Shown one piece after another: positions 7,665 to 11,804 of a DNA stretch of 11,804 nucleotides. The notes below the pieces were generated by a model. The model made no database searches. It saw nothing but the letters and a program-made list of their open reading frames with translations, and was not told where the DNA came from. The stretch is from Chthoniobacteraceae bacterium (GTDB lineage: Bacteria > Verrucomicrobiota > Verrucomicrobiia > Chthoniobacterales > Chthoniobacteraceae). The translations under genes and the position numbers were made by a program. Location: contig JANNXQ010000164.1 of assembly GCA_031409655.1 (NCBI GenBank), positions 1 through 11,804 on the forward strand, given 5' to 3'. Numbering within the stretch: the stretch's first letter is position 1; the number at the start of each line of letters is the position of its first letter.

Positions 7665-7702
7665 CAGACTACCCCGCGCGGGCTTGGCGTCTTGGGAGTT
7701 TC
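7665..7702 (-). promoter_or_regulatory. Bipartite promoter-like motif, copy 2 (GAAACTCCCAAG-N17-GGTAGTCTG), probably leaderless
   Basis: It ends 6 nt before the ATG at 7658 and matches the copy at 247-283 at 11/12 and 8/9 positions. It contains a TAGTCT -10-like hexamer. Confidence 0.6.
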
Positions 7703-7730
7703 TTGCGGAGAGCGCGCGCTCCCTGGCCGC

Positions 7731-9221
7731 CTACTGCGCGAGTCGATTCACCGTGTAACAGACGGTCGGATGCGCGAGGAGGCGGCTGCCATTCGAGATC
7801 AGGCCCACGAGATCGAGCTGATAGATCACGCCAGCTTTCATTTCGCCGAGCACCAGGCGGGCGGTGCGGCCATCTGCGCTCAATGTCACCTTCTTCGGCC
7901 CAACCGCCGTGATGTCACTCTGCGGCGCGCCGTATTGCGAGGAGTACTTGTAGCGGTAGTGCTGCACGCGGTAGCGGGCGGCTTCGCTGGCAAAGGTGGG
8001 TTCGGCAGGCTCGGTGAAGGTGAGCTCGAAGCCGTCGGGTTTTAGATGGATCTCGCGCACTTCAAAGACCGGCTTGCCCGTGGAGACGATGCGTTGCAGC
8101 CCTTCGACCGGGCCGCCCCAGCCGCGCATCGTCTGGCCGACGTAGAGCGCGGTGCCGTCGGGTGAAAAGCACACGCGATTGTTGCCCGCGCGCAGGCCGT
8201 TGTCGTGGATGAGGTACGTGCATGCTCCCTGATATTCGCCGCCGACTTTCTCGAGCATCACCCGCAGGATGCGCTGACCGCTCTCGTCGGGCACGAGCAT
8301 CTGTCCGCCAAAGGGGCCGAACTTTTCCCCCGGCGCGATGAAGATCGGATCGCCGGGCGAGTTCATCATGATGCCGTGCGGAAACTGCACGACCGGCTTG
8401 GTCCGCATGCCGTCGAGCTTCTCGTTGCCTTCCTTGATCGGGTCGCGCTGCGGATTGCCGCGCACGAATTCCTCGTCCCACACGAGCGACGATGGGTGGC
8501 CGTAGAATTTGCCTTTCTCCACGCGATGCAGCGGACTCGTGGGGATGAAGTCGCCCTGATTGTCGGTGACCCAGAGGCTGCCGTCGGGGCCGAGACAGAT
8601 GCCGTTATTCGCGCGAAAGCCGCTGGCCCATGGAATCATCGTGCCGTCGGGTTTCACCTTCACGACCCAGCCGCGATACTCGGCGGCGGAGAAGTTGCGC
8701 CCGCGCCGGCCGACGGGCGAGTAGCGGCCGCGGGTGCGGTCGAAGGTGATGCCGTTGTGCGAGGCGGTGCCGATGTTGATGAACCAATTGCCCTCACCGT
8801 CGGGCACCGGGCCGCTGGCGTGTTCGTGATACGCGCCGCTCAGGCCCCACGCGTCGCAGACGGTATCGTATTGATCGGCCGCGCCGTCGCCGTCGGTGTC
8901 GGTGATGCGCGTGAGTTCGGGGAATTGCGGGACGAGCAGTTGGTTGTCCTTCTCGACGAGGACGCCGAGGGCTTCGTGCAGCGATTGATCGGAAAACACG
9001 CGCCACTCGAAGGCGCCGGGGTCCTTGTTCGGCTTGCCGATGAGGATGCCGGAGCGGCGCGTGACGACGACCAGTTCACCTTTCGAATTGAAGGCCACGC
9101 CACCAATCTCAGGCGCGATGCCGGGCGGGAGTTTGATCTCTTCGACGACGTAGGGATCGTCGGGTCCGGCGAAAGCCAGCGTCGCGAGAAGCAGTGGAAA
9201 AGCGAAGAGGAGGCGTTTCAT
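7731..9221 (-). CDS. Secreted glucose/sorbosone dehydrogenase-like beta-propeller protein (PVC/Bacteroidota type, DUF7133-like)
   Basis: The true start is most likely ATG at 9221 (MKRLLFAFPLLLATLAFA signal peptide), 2 nt after the upstream stop. Motifs: DTDGDGAAD, YHEH, GFRANNG, TDNQGD, FYGHP, FGPFGGQ, RGWG, GFELTFT, YxYxYSSQYG. Confidence 0.85.
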   Translation of the reverse strand: MKRLLFAFPLLLATLAFAGPDDPYVVEEIKLPPGIAPEIGGVAFNSKGELVVVTRRSGILIGKPNKDPGAFEWRVFSDQSLHEALGVLVEKDNQLLVPQFPELTRITDTDGDGAADQYDTVCDAWGLSGAYHEHASGPVPDGEGNWFINIGTASHNGITFDRTRGRYSPVGRRGRNFSAAEYRGWVVKVKPDGTMIPWASGFRANNGICLGPDGSLWVTDNQGDFIPTSPLHRVEKGKFYGHPSSLVWDEEFVRGNPQRDPIKEGNEKLDGMRTKPVVQFPHGIMMNSPGDPIFIAPGEKFGPFGGQMLVPDESGQRILRVMLEKVGGEYQGACTYLIHDNGLRAGNNRVCFSPDGTALYVGQTMRGWGGPVEGLQRIVSTGKPVFEVREIHLKPDGFELTFTEPAEPTFASEAARYRVQHYRYKYSSQYGAPQSDITAVGPKKVTLSADGRTARLVLGEMKAGVIYQLDLVGLISNGSRLLAHPTVCYTVNRLAQ

Positions 9222-9223
9222 TA

Positions 9224-10513
9224 CTAGGGTTCTCCCGAGGACATCCCTTTCTTCAGCACCGAGGGATCGGGTTTGAATGTTTCGCCGGGCTGGAACTTCA
9301 CCAGCAGCATGAAGTGGTCGGCATGGTCCGCAGGAATCTCGAGTGTGTTCTCTTTCCAACTCCCCTGATCGCAGGAAATCTGCGCGCGGATCGCGGGATC
9401 GAAGACGAGGCGCACCACGTCGGGCGGACGCTCGATGCGGTAGTGGATCATGAAGGTGCCTGGGTCGGTGGGCGTGATGTGCTCGTGGATGATCTGCCCG
9501 CCGAGTTCGTAGGTGAACTCCGGATTCCCGCTGAGCACGCGATAGCCGCGGAACTTCGGCTTCCCTTCTCCGAGCCGGATCGGCTGCGCGCCGGCAGCTT
9601 TGTAAACAAGCGTGCCCTCGAGCCATGGCACATAGTCGCTGCCCTTGCGCCCGCCGCCGGTCCCCGCGCCCCAGTAGGGCGACATGTCGAGGAAACCGCC
9701 AGTCCAGGCATAGAGCAGTCGGCACTCCGTCGCATCCCACACGTAGGCAAAGTCCGGCCCGAAGCTCACCGCGATCCCTCCGGGCACGCCGGGGATTGGC
9801 GCCACGTCTTTGCCCTCCACGTCCTGACCGATGGTCGGATTGTAAGGCCGCGCGGGAAGTCCGCGGTCGTGCTGCGCAAGCACGGCATCGCCGAGTCCCG
9901 GGTTCGGCACGAAGGATCGCAGCACATAGGGCCGCAGCCTTGTGCCCAGCGGCTTCGGCGACACGTCGCTGGCCTTGAGCGCATCGACCAGCACCGCGCC
10001 GCTGAGCTTCTCGACGATCGGACTCTCCAGCTTTTCGCCCGCCGGGCGCACGCGCATGATCCCGCGCATCACCGTGCCGTGACCGGGAAAGGAGCAGAGA
10101 TACGGATACTCCCCGGGCTCGGCTGGCGCCTTCAGGTTCAGCGTTTCCACCTGCCCGGGATTGATGATCTTCGTCGCGGCCAGTACGTCCGTGGAGTCTG
10201 GCACAAAGTTCTTCGCAAACCCGCCGTCCGCGAGCCCCATTGCCGCAATCACGATTTCATCCGCCTTCCCGGGCCGCACCAGGAGGAGGTTGTGCGGCAT
10301 GATGCAGGTGTTCTTGAGCGTCAGCGTGAAGCTGGTGCTGGCAGCGACATCGAAACGCGTCGTGGCGTAGCGCAGCGCGCCCGGTATCACCGCGATCTCG
10401 ATCTTCGCAGGCTTGGCCTTCTTCGGTTGGGCTGCGGATTTCGCCGCCGGCGTCTGCGCGTGAAGAGCGCCGCAAGCCAGGACGCAGAGGATCGAGAGAA
10501 AGCGTGGGATCAT
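9224..10513 (-). CDS. Secreted azurin/auracyanin-type blue copper domain protein fused to a C-terminal DUF6797-like domain
   Basis: Signal peptide; type-1 Cu ligands H74 (MPHN), C140, H145 and M149 (YPYLCSFPGHGTVM). The C-terminal half has GIAV...WD..ECRLLYAWTGGFLD and FRGYR....P.F.Y motifs; that domain name is recalled and less certain. Confidence 0.85.
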   Translation of the reverse strand: MIPRFLSILCVLACGALHAQTPAAKSAAQPKKAKPAKIEIAVIPGALRYATTRFDVAASTSFTLTLKNTCIMPHNLLLVRPGKADEIVIAAMGLADGGFAKNFVPDSTDVLAATKIINPGQVETLNLKAPAEPGEYPYLCSFPGHGTVMRGIMRVRPAGEKLESPIVEKLSGAVLVDALKASDVSPKPLGTRLRPYVLRSFVPNPGLGDAVLAQHDRGLPARPYNPTIGQDVEGKDVAPIPGVPGGIAVSFGPDFAYVWDATECRLLYAWTGGFLDMSPYWGAGTGGGRKGSDYVPWLEGTLVYKAAGAQPIRLGEGKPKFRGYRVLSGNPEFTYELGGQIIHEHITPTDPGTFMIHYRIERPPDVVRLVFDPAIRAQISCDQGSWKENTLEIPADHADHFMLLVKFQPGETFKPDPSVLKKGMSSGEP

Positions 10514-10573
10514 TGGAAAGCGGTGGGCAGAATCCTCGCGTGGATCCTTTTGTTAAGGGAATTCGCCGGACAC

Positions 10574-10590
10574 GCTGCGTTTTCCGCAGC
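10574..10590. other. Short hairpin (gctgcg-ttttc-cgcagc) in the ykvA/azurin intergenic region
   Basis: 6-bp perfect stem with a 5-nt loop, 20 nt after the DUF1232 stop. There is no U-tract, so a terminator role is doubtful. Confidence 0.3.
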
Positions 10591-10610
10591 CCGATTCACC
10601 CCAGAGCGAG

Positions 10611-11042
10611 TCAAGCGGGCGGCGCAATCCTCGCCCAGTCCGCGCCCTGATCACGAGCGGCGGCGGCGAACTCCGGCGCGTGCCGAAGGAGCACCGCGGC
10701 GGCCACGGCAGCATCGTCGGTGAACCCGAGCCGTCCCACGGAGTCCGGGATGAGATCGACTTCGCGATCGAGATAAAGCAGGGCAAAAGCCGCTTCGCTC
10801 GCCGCGGCAAAGGTCAGGTCACGCGCGCGGTCGGTGGCAAAGTTTTCGATCACATCCGCGAGGAAGGCGAATTGCTCGGCGGCTTGCGGGAAGCCGGGTG
10901 CTTCGAGATCGCCGAATTTCTCCCGCAACTCCGGCAGCTTCGAAAAGAGCTCATGCACCGTTGCGGGGGTGACTTTGGCGGCGTTGCTCTGGATGAATTC
11001 GGCGAAGTCGCCACCGTCTGGCATGGAGGTCGAGGGATTCAT
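10611..11042 (-). CDS. YkvA / DUF1232 family protein
   Basis: The signature ALLYL...DLIPD....LGFTDDA. An alternative start at 11024 is possible. Confidence 0.88.
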   Translation of the reverse strand: MNPSTSMPDGGDFAEFIQSNAAKVTPATVHELFSKLPELREKFGDLEAPGFPQAAEQFAFLADVIENFATDRARDLTFAAASEAAFALLYLDREVDLIPDSVGRLGFTDDAAVAAAVLLRHAPEFAAAARDQGADWARIAPPA

Positions 11043-11060
11043 TTTTTGGGGCGTTATCCG

Positions 11061-11756
11061 CTACTCCCGCCGCCCGCCGAGGATCAGCGGGAGCAGGTGA
11101 TAGAGGAAGTAGCCGAGCGAGGTGATGAAGGCGGCGACGTAAGTCCAGGCGGCGGCATCGAGGGTCTTGCGCACGCCGCTCATCTCCGCCTCGGAGCCGA
11201 TGAAGCCCATGCCCGCGAGGATTTCCTTGGCGCGGCGCGAGGCGTCGAATTCCACCGGGAGGGTGATCAAGTTAAAGACCATAATGACGCCCCACGCGGC
11301 GGCCATGACCCACATCGCGGTGTGCATCGAGAGGATGCCCGTGAACATGCCGATGAGCGGCAGCCACATCACGATCTGGCTGGCGAAATTCGTTGCGCCG
11401 ACGGCGGCCATGCGCCAGTGCAGCGGCGCATAGGCCTGCGCGTGCTGGATGGCGTGCCCGCACTCGTGCGCGGCGACACCGTAGGCCGCCACGGAATTGG
11501 TCTGGAAGTTGTGCGTCGAGAGCACCAGGCGCTTGTTGGTGGGGTCGTAGTGATCGCCGAGCATTTCATCGTGCGCCACGATCTCCACGTCGCGGATGCC
11601 TGCGCGCTGGAGGATGGCGGCAGCGACTTCCGCCCCGGTGGCGCGCGAAGTGGCCGGCACCTGGCTGTAGCGGTGATAGACGCTTTTCACGCGGGCCGCG
11701 GCCCAGAGTGAAATCAGCATGGTGCCGACAAAGAGGAGAATGGCGAAGAGGCTCAT
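11061..11756 (-). CDS. Putative neutral zinc metallopeptidase, membrane-bound (YugP / Zn_peptidase_2 family)
   Basis: DHYDP, VAAHECGHAIQH (HExxH), TLPVEFDASRRA and AAAWTYVAA motifs, with several hydrophobic helices. Confidence 0.95.
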   Translation of the reverse strand: MSLFAILLFVGTMLISLWAAARVKSVYHRYSQVPATSRATGAEVAAAILQRAGIRDVEIVAHDEMLGDHYDPTNKRLVLSTHNFQTNSVAAYGVAAHECGHAIQHAQAYAPLHWRMAAVGATNFASQIVMWLPLIGMFTGILSMHTAMWVMAAAWGVIMVFNLITLPVEFDASRRAKEILAGMGFIGSEAEMSGVRKTLDAAAWTYVAAFITSLGYFLYHLLPLILGGRRE

Positions 11757-11804
11757 GGTAATTGGTTGTTCGTGTACCGCGACTGACTGGTTGCCTGTTC
11801 GCGT

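Noticed and set aside
7710..7721. Palindrome GAGCGCGCGCTC after the propeller gene
   Set aside because: It is a low-complexity GC run with no U-tract on the coding strand, so chance occurrence is plausible.
9222..9740. 173-aa N-terminal extension of the 7731..9740 ORF
   Set aside because: It overlaps the azurin-fusion gene in another frame and is Arg-rich with no recognisable motifs. The signal peptide begins at ATG 9221.
10514..10610. Third copy of the bipartite motif upstream of the azurin gene (GGATTCTGCCC resembles the -10 box)
   Set aside because: There is no TCCCAAG box at the right spacing, and the distance to ATG differs.
538..11711. Long antisense or alternate-frame ORFs (538-1638, 1895-2704, 4497-5360, 6435-7517, 8205-9227, 9194-10723, 10680-11711, etc.)
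   Set aside because: They are shadows of real genes, expected at high GC, and have no recognisable motifs.
10611..11756. YugP peptidase plus YkvA as a defence or toxin-antitoxin pair
   Set aside because: Both are widespread conserved families, and nothing in the sequence supports such a role.

Overview
GC-rich bacterial DNA, most likely from the PVC superphylum (Verrucomicrobia-like), inferred from gene content (DUF1553/DUF1501 pair, PVC-type beta-propeller) and the absence of Shine-Dalgarno sites. The window opens with the left end of an IS3-family element (minus strand, 1-140). A plus-strand operon follows: a secreted sialate O-acetylesterase and a GH33 sialidase-like protein with an altered active site. 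It converges, at a REP-like hairpin, on six minus-strand genes: YugP-like Zn peptidase, YkvA/DUF1232, an azurin-domain fusion, a sorbosone-dehydrogenase-like beta-propeller, a DUF1549/DUF1553 cytochrome c and DUF1501. The best leads are three: (1) a bipartite motif GAAAsTCCCAAGnnGCC...GGTrGTCTG-N6-ATG shared by the two convergent operons, suggesting one regulon with leaderless starts; (2) paired Arg->His and Glu->Gly changes in the sialidase catalytic pocket; (3) a putative envelope copper/heme redox module. All family assignments are from motif recognition, not database searches.
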